64,000 nt of DNA from Octopus sinensis (lineage: Eukaryota): contig NC_043009.1 in NCBI RefSeq assembly GCF_006345805.1, forward strand, positions 63,550,001-63,614,000, read 5' to 3'. Each line of letters opens with the position of its first letter. Position 1 is the stretch's first letter. Shown here piece after piece: positions 40,597 to 53,007 of this stretch. The position numbers were made by a program, and so were the translations under genes. Below the pieces are notes generated by a model, which saw nothing but the letters and a program-made list of their open reading frames with translations, was not told the DNA's origin and ran no database searches.

Positions 40597-41345
40597 TTCA
40601 AGCCTAGCCAGACTCATGAGCCCGGTTTCTGTGGCGTATGTGTTCCCCCCAGCTGGACGGGACGCCAGTCCATCGCAGCGTTACTCAAGAAACAGGAAGA
40701 GAGAGAGAGTGAGAGAAAGTTGGGGCGAAAGAGTACAACAGGGGTCGCCACCCCTCACTGCTGGAGCTTCGTGAAGCTTTTAGGTGTTTTCGCTCAATAA
40801 ACATACACAACGCCCGGGAATTGAAACCGCGATCCTCCGACCGTGCGTCCGCTGCCCTAACCACTAGGCCATTGCGCCTCCACATACCAGCGGCTTACTT
40901 GGATTATTTTCTGCGCTAGAAAATCTCCGTTGAGATTTGAACTAAAGAAGTGTAAGTGAGCAATGCGAGAGGTAAAATGGGATGCTGTGGCAATCATGCC
41001 TCTCTCAAGGACATTTTCATAGAATAATAATTGAAATGACTTCATTCAGAAATCGATGTCGGAGGCTTCACCATACAGGAGTATACCTTCTACTTTAAAA
41101 TAAAAGTAATAAATGCGCCCTTTTAAAGCCTAGCCAGTCTCATGGGCCCGGTTTCCATGGCGTATGTGTTCCCCAGCTGGATGGGACGCCAGTCCATCGC
41201 AGCGTTACTCATTTTTGCCAGCTGAGTGGACTGGAGCAACGTGAAATGAAGTGTTTTGCTCAAGAACACAACGCGTCCAGGAATCGAAACCACAATTTTA
41301 CGATCATGATGCTGACACCCGAACTACTAAGCCACGCGCCTCCAC
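40597..41345 (-). mobile_element. Two related SINEs of the C group (about 40597-40885 and 41120-41345)
   Basis: Both contain AGCCTAGCCAG.CTCATG.GCCCGGTTTC...GGACGCCAGTCCATCGCAGCGTTACTCA followed by a reverse tRNA-like head. Confidence 0.7.
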
Positions 41346-41979
41346 ACACCTTCTACTTTACGGCTTCTAATTTAAGCACAAGACAAACGATTATGAAAGA
41401 AGAGGTTAAGTCGAAATCATCGACTCCAGTATATAACTGGTATTTTACTTTATCGACTCTGAAAAGATAAAAGACAGAGTTGACCACGGTAAGATTTGAA
41501 CGCCGATCGCAAAAAATAAAAAAATTGTAAGTAATATTTGAAAGCATTCTTTTCTGACGTTCTAACGATTCTGCCAGCTCGTCCAAAAGAGTGTCTTTTA
41601 TTGTCACTTGATCACACGGTCAAGATGTTCTAAAAATTATGTTAAACTGTAACGTAGAATCGCCCTTAAAGACTTCATTTACATAGAGAGCTCGTTGGGA
41701 TAACTTGCAACAAGCAAGAGCATGTCAGGGCAAGTGGAGATGGGTCAAAACATCTCCCAGTAAGTCAGAACTGAACATGACAAACTTAGATACGTCAGAG
41801 TATGCCTGAGAGGGTTAGGGTAAGTTAGCCAAGTGTAGCCTTGCTCCGGGTTGTTGACAAAATAGGAAAATGATAGTTACAAGGAGCCAAAACTTGTCAT
41901 GGGCCTCGCTAACTGCGAATTTACCCTTCATGTATTATAATTAGAAAAAAAAGCAGAAAAGCATAACTAACTGATACTC

Positions 41980-42305
41980 CGTCGGTTATGACGACGAGGG
42001 TTCGAGTTGATCCAATCAACGGAACGGACTGCTCTTGAAATTAACGTGCATGTGGCTGAGCACTCCACAGACACGCATATCCTTAACATAGTTCTCAAGC
42101 AGATTCATCGTGACACAGAGTGTGACAGGGCTGGCTCTTTGAACTACAAGTAAAACTCATTTTTGCCAGCTGAGTGGACTGGAGCAACGTGAAATAAAGT
42201 GTCTTACCCAAGGATATAATGCGCAAGCCGCCGCCGGGAATCGAACTCACGGCCTTACAATCGTGAACCGAATATTCCTAACTACTAAGCCACATGCCTT
42301 CACAG
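41980..42305 (-). mobile_element. SINE family C-related
   Basis: Shares the GTGGCTGAGCACTCCACAGACAC...GTGACACAGAG body and the CCAGCTGAGTGGACTGGAGCAACGTGAAATAAAGTGTC core. Confidence 0.8.
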
Positions 42306-42523
42306 AAAAGCATAGGTTTCACAAATAATTCATAAGACAGGCGAAATACCGCTAAGCATTTCGCCCGGCGTGCTAACGTTTCTGCCAGCTCACGGCCTTT
42401 AAATTATTAATTATATGTGAAATCTATTTCCTGCCTTTTATTCCAAATATGTTGCTCTCAATGATCGATTTAGTCTATTGTGTGTGTGTGTGTGTTTGTA
42501 AGTTTAATTCCACCGTGATTTAC

Positions 42524-42745
42524 TGGCAGAAACGTTAGCGCGCCGGGCGAAATGCTTAGCAGTATTTCGTCTGTCGTTACATTCTGAGTTCAAATTCCGC
42601 CGAGGTCGACTTTGCCTTTCATCCTTTCGGGGTCGATAAATTAAGAACCAGTTTCGCACTGGGGTCGATGTAATCGACTTAATCCCTTTGTCTGTCTTTG
42701 TTTGTCCCCTCTATGTTTAGCCCCTTGTGGGTAGTAAAGAAATAT
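42524..42745 (+). mobile_element. SINE family A
   Basis: Consensus match. An inverted head fragment lies at about 42340-42400. Confidence 0.85.
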
Positions 42746-42871
42746 ATAATAATGTATTGGATTTGAACGATGCGTTATTAATTGAGACCTTAAATACCGT
42801 GGATATGTTTTATGTTTTATGGTGTTTAAACATCAATACACTGTACAGTTATATTATTACATTCACACACA

Positions 42872-42905
<34 letters not shown>

Positions 42906-43264
42906 CACGCATGCACACCTATACACAAACACACGCGACGGGCGTATGCACCCCACACACACACACAATTTGGAATCAGTTGATCCAGAGATATCGATTT
43001 CTTCATTCTACAGCTTTCTGTCGAAACGGTAAGTGAATTCCTTTGCTCGTTGCCCGGTTTCTGTTGTGTTTGTTATTGTTTCAGCGATTGATGGTTTTCT
43101 TAGAGGATTTTCACAACAATGCTGCCACAGCATGTGCCCCATTATAATTATAAATTAATTATAAAATTTTAAAATTTTGGATTTGCCATTTATCGGCTTT
43201 TACCTTATTGTTGTAATTATTCATTTTACTAATGATAATAATTAATAATAATGTCTATATAAAT

Positions 43265-43480
43265 GTGAAGTATATTTGCCACTTAAATGTGGCTAACCAC
43301 TAAGGGTGAATGCTACTGTAGCTAGTAGCCCCAGGAGAACATCTTCTCCAGCTGGCTATTGACACATCTAAATTACTATTTCTTTATTGCCCAGCTGGAG
43401 GAGGTGTCCTCCTGGGGCTACTAACTACAGTAGCATTCACCTTAGTGGTTAGCCACATTTAAGAGGCAAATATACTTCAC
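43265..43480. repeat. Near-perfect foldback, about 90-bp arms and 35-nt loop
   Basis: 43265-43355 is the reverse complement of 43391-43480 with a few mismatches. Confidence 0.9.
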
Positions 43481-43559
43481 GATGTCGTGCAGCTACTGTT
43501 TATACCTCGCTCAGAGATTTAGTATCTATATAAATGTTTTCGAATATTTATTCATTTAG

Positions 43560-43601
<42 letters not shown>

Positions 43602-43853
43602 TGTCGACGTCATAAGAATGTAGAAACTTCGAGTGAACGTGAAATAACTTTTTCGGAACGGTGGATCTCGAAACAGATAAAGGTATAAATAACGTGTAAA
43701 TTATTGAGATAAAAAAAAAGTCTGGGACAGAAAAGGTCGAAAGTTGGTTTTTAACCCAATATTTACACCCTATTAAATACAAAAGTGTGTATGTGTGTGA
43801 GGATGGATGGATGGATGGATGGATGGATGGATGGATGGGTAGACGGATGATTA

Positions 43854-44006
<153 letters not shown>

Positions 44007-45179
44007 TTAAATACAACTTTCACTTTATTTTACAGAATATTTAATACGGGATTACAAAAATTTTGTTTTTGTTAATATTATTCTAATTGGATGAAGGAAT
44101 ACGGCTGGCAGCATAGAATTTCTAATATTCTAAAAATTGACTTACACGTTCTTGGAATTTTAGGATTAAAATTTCGCAAAAGCAATTGAAACAATGGTGT
44201 TTCGGGAATGGTTTAGCAGACGTAAACACTTTCTAAAATATTCCAACTTTATATCTCTTTTTTATTGACGTTTCTTTCTTCTTCTTCTTCAACGATCACT
44301 TTTAAATTATCTCTGCAAACATTCTATAGAATTTAGAGCCAGCTCTGAAAGTTACGACGTGTCGTATGCGAATACGTCTATGTAAACAGTGCGATCGAAG
44401 AGAGAAAAATAGGAAATGGGAGTGTATGCATATTTCAGTGCTCGTTCTATATTCTATAGAATATCTCTAGAGATAACTTAGAAGTAATTAAATCGCACTG
44501 CTAACACGGTAGGATACAGTATTGATTTATAAACCTTTGATATATTTGGCTGTATATTATGATGGCTAAACGAAATATAGTGTCGCTACCAACAGTTAAT
44601 ACTTCAACAATCAATCTTTCTGAATTTTGTCCGTCCCTGTTATGATTTGGAATTTGTATTAATTTTTTATTGGTTATTATTGCGCGAAAGGTCCAGACTC
44701 TCGCGTATTAATTCTCACCGAGAATTTATAGGAGTAAACATAGCAGGAATTAAGGTTATCCATTAGAGTTCAAGTTAATGTCCGTGAACAGAATTGCTTC
44801 AACGCCATGTGAACTGCGAAAAATATAACCGTAGAATTATCTGATACAGGATTTAATTGATAAGTTTAAAATTTTGTCAGCTCCCTTCGTGAGATCTATC
44901 TAATGATATTATCTTACAGAGGAGGTAATCTCTATCGGTTTAAATGAATAAAAGCCAATACTAAGTTCTTATAATTACTAGATTTGAAGAACACTTTACA
45001 TTTTACCTCACAAATAGTCATCAATAGTTATGAATAGAACCAGTTGTTCGGAAGTCAGGAGCTAAACTCCACAACAAACAATTCGCCGAGTTTCTCGTCA
45101 GATCACTTCATTCCATTTTACCTCAGTTCATTTATTACTTGAAAACAAATACCAGACTATCTATCTTGAGATATCGGTT

Positions 45180-45365
45180 TCAAATTTTGGCACAAGGCGA
45201 GCAATTTCGGGGGAAGGGGGCGACCCTAGTGCTCAACTAGTTCTTATTTTATCGACACCCTAAAGGTGAAAGGCAAAGTCGATCGGCGGAATTTAAACTC
45301 AGAACGTAAAGACGGACGAAATGGCGCTAAGCATTTTGCTCGGTGTGTTAAAAGCTCTGTCAGCT
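45180..45365 (-). mobile_element. SINE family A, degenerate
   Basis: Partial consensus match. Confidence 0.7.
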
Positions 45366-45692
45366 CCCTGCCTGAGATCTCTCAAGAGATATCGTCTGCT
45401 TTACAGTAGACCAACTCCCTGTGCAAGGGAGATAATCTCTACTGGTTTAAATTTATAAATGCCAATTCTAAATTCTTAAAGTTATCAAGTTTCAAGAACA
45501 CTTTACATTTTATCTCACACGTAGTCATCAAAACCTACCCTCACCCCACTATACCTCTAACAACCTCAAACTGTTATCATTGTATAAAAATAGATTTAAA
45601 AAACCTATTACGGCACCAGGGCCAAGTAAAAAGCTACCCACTCGTCAGTTCTAGACTGTCAATAGTTGACCAAGGGGACAGATAGATCTTAC

Positions 45693-45801
45693 CTGTTGCT
45701 TCATTGAAGTAAACGTTAATCCTCTCCAGCTGAAGGTCAGAGTCACCGTGGTAGGTACCCGTTGGGTCAATGCCGTGTTCATCAGAAATAACCTCCCAAA
45801 A
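45693..45801 (-). CDS. TUBB: Beta-tubulin exon 2 (codons 20-56)
   Basis: Minus strand reads ttacag|TTT TGG GAG... = [36 protein letters not shown](G)|gtaaga. The exon is 109 nt, starts in phase 0 and ends in phase 1. Confidence 0.97.
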
Positions 45802-46109
45802 CTGTAACGAAAGATTAAATTACATTAGAAAATAGAGAAACTCAGCCATTGCTGGTCCCAAATGCGATTGAGAAAGGAGGATTGTATAGGCGTAGGGTTA
45901 ACAGCCCTGCGCCATTAATTTTTTTTTTACATTGCTACTGAAAAGTCAACCACAGAACATACGAAAGTGATCCTGGTAAGGGGAGGTAATCCTCAGAGGT
46001 TGCGTATGAAGTAACGTAGAGAACAGCTGGGGGGGGGGCAACTGCAATCCATTGCCAAAGATAGAGACAGGTGGAGATCTCTTGTTGGTGCCCTGTGCAC
46101 CACGTGGAG

Positions 46110-46267
46110 TTAAAACAATTAAGAAGAAGAGAAGAAAAGAAGAGAAAATGAAGAATTGGAAGAAGAAGAAGAAAAGGAGAAGAAGAAGAAGAGAAGAAGA
46201 AGAAGAAGAAGAAGAAGAATTGGAAGAAGAAGAAGAAGAAGAAGAAGTAGAAGAGGAAAGAAGAGAA

Positions 46268-46299
<32 letters not shown>

Positions 46300-46313
46300 G
46301 AGAAGAAGAGAAG

Positions 46314-46344
<31 letters not shown>

Positions 46345-46660
46345 TAGAAGAAGTAGAAGAAGTAGAAGAGAAGAAGAAGAAGAAGAAGAAGAAAATGAAG
46401 AATTGGAAGATGAAGAGAAGAAGGAAAAAGAAGGAGAAGAAGAAGAGAAGAAGAAGAAAAGAATGGAAGAAGAAGAAGAAGAAAGAAGTAGAAGAGGAAG
46501 AAGAAGAAGAAGAAGAAGAAGAAGAAGAAGAAAAGAAGTAGAAGAAGAAGAAGAAGTAGAAGAAGAAGAAGTAGAAGAAGAAGAAGTAGAAGAAGTAGAA
46601 GAAGTAGAAGAAGTAGAAGAAAGAAGAAGAAGAAGAAGAAGAAGAAGAAGAAGAAGAAAC
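46110..46660. repeat. (GAA)n-rich trinucleotide array
   Basis: Seen directly. Similar arrays lie at 56635-56730 and 59750-60350. Confidence 0.9.
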
Positions 46661-46710
46661 TCGTCGTAAGCTTTTTTTTTAATTCTCTCTCTGTTTATTT
46701 CCTCTTGTTC

Positions 46711-46745
46711 CTTTCTGTTGAAGAGCGTAGGCTCGAACGTCAAAG
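46711..46745 (+). ncRNA. Degenerate minimal hammerhead motif in a Penelope-like terminal fragment
   Basis: CTTT-CTGTTGA-A-GAGC-GTAG-GCTC-GAA-CGT-C-AAAG. Stems I and II pair and the core has two deviations. Confidence 0.5.
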
Positions 46746-46850
46746 ACTTTCTCACCTTCCCCGCGTCAAACTAGCACTCTTGCTCCTTGTGTCCTACACC
46801 TGTTTTCGTCCTTTGTTTTTCTGTAAATTTCAACTATATACATACATATA

Positions 46851-46903
<53 letters not shown>

Positions 46904-46989
46904 TATATACATATATATATATTATATCATATATATATAACATATATTATATACATATATATATATATATATCATATATATAATATATA

Positions 46990-47034
<45 letters not shown>

Positions 47035-47246
47035 TGTGAAATAGAAAGATGAATAATCTTGTTGCAGATTAATCAAAAGTTTAACCGATACCTTGGTAGC
47101 AAAAATCACAGCAGAAGACAGCACGGTTGGAGGTACAACCATATGGTGTTGCAACCGTGCGTTGGTGCGGATAATTGAATTTTAATATTATTAGTGAATT
47201 GAAGAATGGAGTTGAACGAAAATTGAACAGAAATCGTTTTATTGCA

Positions 47247-47323
47247 TTCTACACGTGTTTCGAAAGGCACAATTTACCAATTCCGATTGAATAAGGACCA
47301 TATTGTGTCTTTCTCTTCAGGAG
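47247..47323 (-). ncRNA. Hammerhead motif in foldback unit 1, minus arm
   Basis: Reverse-complement copy of the CTGAAGA...GAAACACGTGTAGAA motif. Stem I is reduced to 2 bp. Confidence 0.5.
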
Positions 47324-47597
47324 AAACAGGAAATCCGTTGGAAAAAACAAAAACAGAACAGAGGCGGAGCAAAACAAATAGTCAGAACTTTAGTCTCGGT
47401 CACAAAGAACATCTAAGCACCCCGTGCTCCCCCCCCGAATGACCGCTGCCTGAACCCGTTAAAAACCTTCAACGCACCCACCACCAGTTTTCAACACACA
47501 TTGATAACAGTTTGGCCATGGACTCTTAGGAGCCTCGTTCGATTGTTTTGCTCCGCCTCTGTTCTGTTTTTGTTTTTTCCAACGGATTTCCTATTTC

Positions 47598-47674
47598 TTC
47601 CTGAAGAGAAAGACACAATATGGTCTCCTTTTCAATCGGAATTTGGTAATTGTGCCTTCGAAACACGTGTAGAA
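47598..47674 (+). ncRNA. Hammerhead motif in foldback unit 1, plus arm
   Basis: TTC-CTGAAGA-[long imperfect stem II GAAAGACACAAT...ATTGTGCCTTC]-GAAA-CACGTGT-A-GAA. Stem III is the palindrome ACACGTGT and the triplet is GUA. Confidence 0.6.
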
Positions 47675-47728
47675 TGCAATAAACGATTTCTGTTCAATCT
47701 TCGTTCAACTCCATTTCTTCAATTCACT

Positions 47729-47784
<56 letters not shown>

Positions 47785-48044
47785 TATATATATTATCTAA
47801 TTATATATATATATATATTATATATATATCTTGTGAAATAGAAAGAAATGAATAATCTTGTTTCAGATTAATCAAAAGTTTAACCGATACCTTGGTAGCA
47901 AAAATCACAGCATAAGACAGCACGGTTGGAGGTACAACCATATGGTGTTGCAACGTGCGTTGGTGCGGATAATTGAATTTTAATATTATTAGTGAATTGA
48001 AGAATGGAGTTGAACGAAAATTGAACAGAAATCGTTTTATTGCA

Positions 48045-48124
48045 TTCTACACGTGTTTCGAAAGGCACAATTTACCAAATTCCGATTGAATAAGGAGACC
48101 ATATTGTGTCTTTCTCTTCAGGAA
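48045..48124 (-). ncRNA. Hammerhead motif in foldback unit 2, minus arm
   Basis: Reverse-complement copy with stem I TTC/GAA intact. Confidence 0.55.
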
Positions 48125-48400
48125 GAAACAGGAAATCCGTTGGAAAAAACAAAAACAGAACAGAGGCGGAGCAAAACAAATAGTCAGAACTTTAGTCTCG
48201 GTCACAAAGAACATCTAAGCACCCCGTGCTCCCACCCCACCGGATGACCGCTGCCTGACCCTTTAAACCTTCAACGCACCCACCACCAGTTTTCAACACA
48301 CATTGATAACAGTTTGGCCATGGACTCTTAGGAGCCTCGTTCGATTTGTTTTGCTCCGCCTCTGTTCTGTTTTTGTTTTTTCCAACGGATTTCCTATTTC

Positions 48401-48478
48401 TTCCTGAAGAGAAAGACACAGATGGTCTCCTTATTCAATCGGAATTTGGTAAATTGTGCTTTCGAAACACGTGTAGAA
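48401..48478 (+). ncRNA. Hammerhead motif in foldback unit 2, plus arm
   Basis: Same motif as 47598-47674 with small indels in stem II. Confidence 0.55.
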
Positions 48479-48531
48479 TGCAATAAACGATTTCTGTTCA
48501 ATCTCGTTCAACTCCATTTCTTCAATTCACT

Positions 48532-48570
<39 letters not shown>

Positions 48571-48571
<1 letters not shown>

Positions 48572-49022
48572 ACTCTTTACTCTTTACTTGTTTCAGTCAT
48601 TTGACTGTGACCATGCTGGAGCACCGCCTTTAGTCGAGCATATCGACTCCAGGACTTATTCTTTGTAAGCCTAGTACTTATTCTATCGGTCCCTTTTGCC
48701 GAACCACTAAGTTACGGGGACGTAAACACACCAGCATCGGTTGTCAAGTGATGTTGGGGGAACAAACACAGACACACAGACATATACACACACTCATACA
48801 TACATACATACATACATACATACATACATACATACATACATACTACATACATATATACGATGGGCTTCTTTCAGTTTCCGTCTACCAAATCCACTCACAA
48901 GGCTTTGGTCGACCCGAGGCATTAGTAGAAGACACTTGCTCAAGGTGCCACGCAGTGGGACTGAACCTGAAACCATGTGGTTCGTACACAAGCTACTTAC
49001 TACACAGCCGCTCCTATGCCTA
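48571..49022 (-). mobile_element. SINE family B
   Basis: Full-length consensus match. An inverted 3' half follows at about 49055-49262. Confidence 0.85.
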
Positions 49023-49389
49023 TAATATATAGATAGATAGATAGATGTATGTATGTATGTATTTGTCTGTCTGTGTTTGTCCCCCCGCCATCTCTTGACA
49101 ACCGATGCTGGTGTGTTTACGTCCCCGTAACCAAGCGGCTCGGTCAAACAGACCGGTAAAATAATTTCTAGGCTTACAAAGAATAAGTCCTGGGGGTCGA
49201 TTTGTTCGACTAAAGGCAATGCTGCAGCATGGCCGCAGTCAAATGACTGAAACAAGTAAAAGAAAAGAAAAACCTAATACCCAGTAAGCATTAACAGGTG
49301 AAGTTCCCCTCCCACCACGACCACCACCATTAGATAAAGTCTTCGATAACTTTTTTTTCTTCTCACAGTAAACCAACATTCCACAAGTG

Positions 49390-49407
49390 TTGATGTTGTT
49401 ATTGTCA

Positions 49408-49449
<42 letters not shown>

Positions 49450-49540
49450 ATGATGATGTTGATGGTGATGATGATGGTGGTGGTGGTGGTGGTGGTGGTG
49501 GTGATGGTGATGATGGTTGTGGTGGTGGTGGTGGTGATGT

Positions 49541-49574
<34 letters not shown>

Positions 49575-49612
49575 GGTGGTGATGATTATGATGGTGGTAG
49601 TGGTGGTGGTGA

Positions 49613-49679
<67 letters not shown>

Positions 49680-49745
49680 GGTGGCGGTGGTGGTGATGAT
49701 GACGATGATGATGATGGTGGTGGTGGTGATGCTGTTGTTGCTGTT
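49390..49745. repeat. (GAT/GGT)n trinucleotide array
   Basis: Seen directly. A related (ACT/ACC)n array lies at 54500-55005. Confidence 0.9.
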
Positions 49746-50319
49746 GCTGTGTTGTCTGTTGGCAAAGTGCGCACTGGAGGCTGGCTGTTTGGATAGAACA
49801 TCAAGCAACCTGCTGAGAGATGGACGACTCCTGTTTTTTATTCATCGCCGATTAAACACTCAAAATGGCGCAGCAATCCGCCAAGCCATAATAAACACGT
49901 AAACTTGCCACCGTAAGCAGAAACTATTCCACTGCTATAAATTGATGAATGAGTTTGTTGTCTCGTAGTGTTGAGTGCCTTTCCTCCTTTGGGTACAGCT
50001 TAGAAAGGAGTCCACATGTCAGACTGATCTGTTTTATATATATATGCACTATTTGGTGACGAAGGTTTCTCTAATGACTCTGCCAGCCTCTGGGAGACGG
50101 GGATTTACCATCTGTCGCCAACATAGACCACCAACGAGAAAGCTTCAACGGGGTCGTTTACCCTGTTAGAAGGAGCAGTCAAAAATTTTCCCTAATATTA
50201 CATCCTACTGCCTTGAGAAGGATAATGTAGTACTCGAGCTAAACAGAAAAAAATCATACTATGTAGGCATGTTTGGAACGTATTCGATCATAGTACAGTT
50301 TGATCACGGATACTTGGCT

Positions 50320-50738
50320 GCTATTTCTTATTTCTTTATTGCCCACAAGGGGCTAAACATAGAGGGGACAAACAAGGACAGACAAAGGAATTGAGTCGAT
50401 TACATCGACCCCAGTGCGTAACTGGTACTTAATTTAATCGACCCCGAAAGGATGAAAGGCAAAGTCGACCTCAGCGGAATTTGAACTCAGAACGTAAAGA
50501 CAGACGAAACACCTCTTTCTTTACTACCCACAAGGGGCTAAACAAAGAGAGGACAAACAAGGACAGACAAACGGATTAAGTCGATTATATTGACCCCAGT
50601 GCGTACCTGGTACTTATTTAATCGACCCCGAAAGGATGAAAGGCCTCGGCGGAATTTGAACTCAGAACGTAACGGCAGACGAAACACGGCTACGCATTTC
50701 GCCCGGCGTGCTAACGTTTCTGCCAGTTCGCCGCCTTG
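50320..50738 (-). mobile_element. SINE family A with a duplicated body module
   Basis: Consensus match with two modules. Confidence 0.85.
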
Positions 50739-51957
50739 GCTGCTATTTCTAGCAGGCTCCATTCATCTTTAATCATATGTCTGCTGGATCAGAGCTTAGT
50801 TGGGGTTAAATAGAAACAAAAGAAAAAAAATACAATAATAATAGAAACTACATGAAGGCGCGTGGCCAAGTGGTTTGGTGTGTAGCACTCCCGATCGCGG
50901 GATCATGGTTTCGATTCCCGGACCGGCTGGGCGTTTTATTCCTGAGCAAAACACTTCACGTCTCATTACTCCAGTCCACTCAGCTGTAAATGGTTAAACC
51001 TTCGACGGACTGACCTTCCGGGTGGGGGTGTGGGGCAAAATATTGGCCTGCTCACTTCGCCAGCAGGGTGGCATCATTCAAAAAGCTAAAACAGGGCAAA
51101 GCGCAGTTATTCTATGACCACTCTCACGAGGTAACATCGGTAGACTGGTGTCAAGATCTCAGTGGCTTGGTGACCACTTGAAGGACGGTGATATGTCCTC
51201 AGTGACCTGGAACATTAGCAGAATGACCTGTGGTCTAAGTGAACTTGGTGACACCTATGAGGATCTTTGATTCTCTCAATGACCTGGTGACATTAGAAGG
51301 ATAATATTATGACCTTGGCGACCCGGTGACACATATGTAGATATGAAATGACCTCAGTGACCTGGTGACGTCTTTGGACTAGAGCTATGACCTCAATGAC
51401 CTTATGCTACTTATAGATTGATAGAATGACTCCAGTGACCACGGGAGGCACTTTATGGTTGTTTGTCAAGCTAGAAATAGTAACTAACCTCAAATTACAT
51501 ATTTCTGTACTGCAAAGAAAAACCTCATCAGACAACGTAGTCCTTGATGTGACAGCCAAGGTGGGCTTACAGGGCTGACTTGGGGCTAACTAACAGCGCT
51601 TTGGGTTTGCCTTGGGTCTGTCCAAGGACTCATAAGGCAGGTTTCTGGATGTATAAGTGACCGAAATCACAAAACTCTCCTCTGAACGGGTCATCGGTTC
51701 GTGCCGGCTTAACTTCCCAGCTATTACTAGTTCGCCTTTTCAGCTAAGTGAGGTGAATCAACGCGAAATGAGGTGTCTTGTTCAAAAACACAACGCACCG
51801 TACAGTCTACGAAGTGAACCCACGATCTACAATCACCAGTGTAACACCCTTAACCACAAGGCCAATGTGCTTTCACTGACTAACAATAATAACAACACAG
51901 TAACACGCGTAAAATGCTGCTATGAACTCAGTGACCTGTTGACACCTATGGAGAAAT

Positions 51958-52237
51958 GGCATTCCTTCGATATAGCTCGACAAGGTCGAGACATTTCACT
52001 TCGGGTATTTCCGTGGGTTGTGGAGTATAGATATAACGAAATTATGCCAGCAATGTCTCATTTTAAACTTGAAGAAGAAAAAAAGCCTTGCATATTTGTT
52101 CTTACCTGTTTCAGGTGTGTATGTAAAATCCGCGCAAATTTCCAAGGAGAAGACAGAATCGAACTGTCATTTGCTTCCACGGAAATACCCCCGAAGTGAA
52201 GTGTTTTGATTTTGTCGAGTTATATCGAAAGAATGCC
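51958..52237. mobile_element. MITE with about 60-bp imperfect TIRs
   Basis: GGCATTCCTTCGATATAGCTCGACAAGG...CACTTCGGGTATTTCCGTGG pairs with CCACGGAAATACCCCCGAAGTG...GTCGAGTTATATCGAAAGAATGCC. Confidence 0.65.
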
Positions 52238-53007
52238 GGAGAAATAACCTAGCGATGAACATAGAGTGGTTCAATGAGAAAAGTCCAATGGACCGGCGTT
52301 TGAGACGTGGAACGATCATCCGAATGGAATATAATTAATTACTCTACCAAATTTGTTCGAAGCACATTCCTCATGCCCAGTATTCTGCTTAGAAATTTCA
52401 AGTTTTACGTCATCTCGAGCTGAGTAAAGCTCGAAACGAGTTGAGTTGAGTCTAGTCTTTCACTTCAACGCAAATTGCAGCATCGAATCCTACTGGGGCA
52501 GTCACAGACATAACATAACCTCCGTGACCTACTGACACGTGTGAAGTGGTTATTTGGGTTATTTGTAGGCCGTCAGTTGCCGAGTGTTAGCTATAACGAG
52601 ATATTTATTGTCTTAGTGATCTGATGACACAGGAAGTGTTTTTAGTATGATGACCTCGGTGACCTGATACTTTGACCTCAGTTTGACAGAAATGTTTTAG
52701 TAACTTATGTCGCTAATGTCCGTCAAAACCCCATTTACTTTTTTCTCATGGTGTTAACCACTCAGGACGGATACGGCTCATTATAGAAACTCAAGCAAGT
52801 GATTCTGTTTGTCATAGACGTATATCAAATACCATTCACCATAAATTCCTGGTTTATTAAAATTATTTCCGCCTCCACAAGATATATGATAATTACCAAT
52901 TGGCAATTGAGACCAGCTCTACTCGACGAAGGGAGATAATCGCAAGATTCAAGAATTTCCCCCAAATTGAGAAGCCAATCAGATAAAATACAAGCTTAGT
53001 GTCTCGG

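Larger units (their letters stand above)
47031..48540. repeat. Tandem duplication (period about 800 bp) of a unit with about 190-bp inverted arms; Penelope-like terminal repeats
   Basis: 47031-47735 recurs at 47829-48540. In unit 1, 47188-47377 is the reverse complement of 47544-47735. The units are flanked and separated by (TA)n. Confidence 0.85.

Noticed and set aside
52720-52760. ATGAGA on the minus strand as tubulin exon 1
   Set aside because: It reads MRKK* and not MREIVH. I found no exon 1 match between 45802 and 64000.
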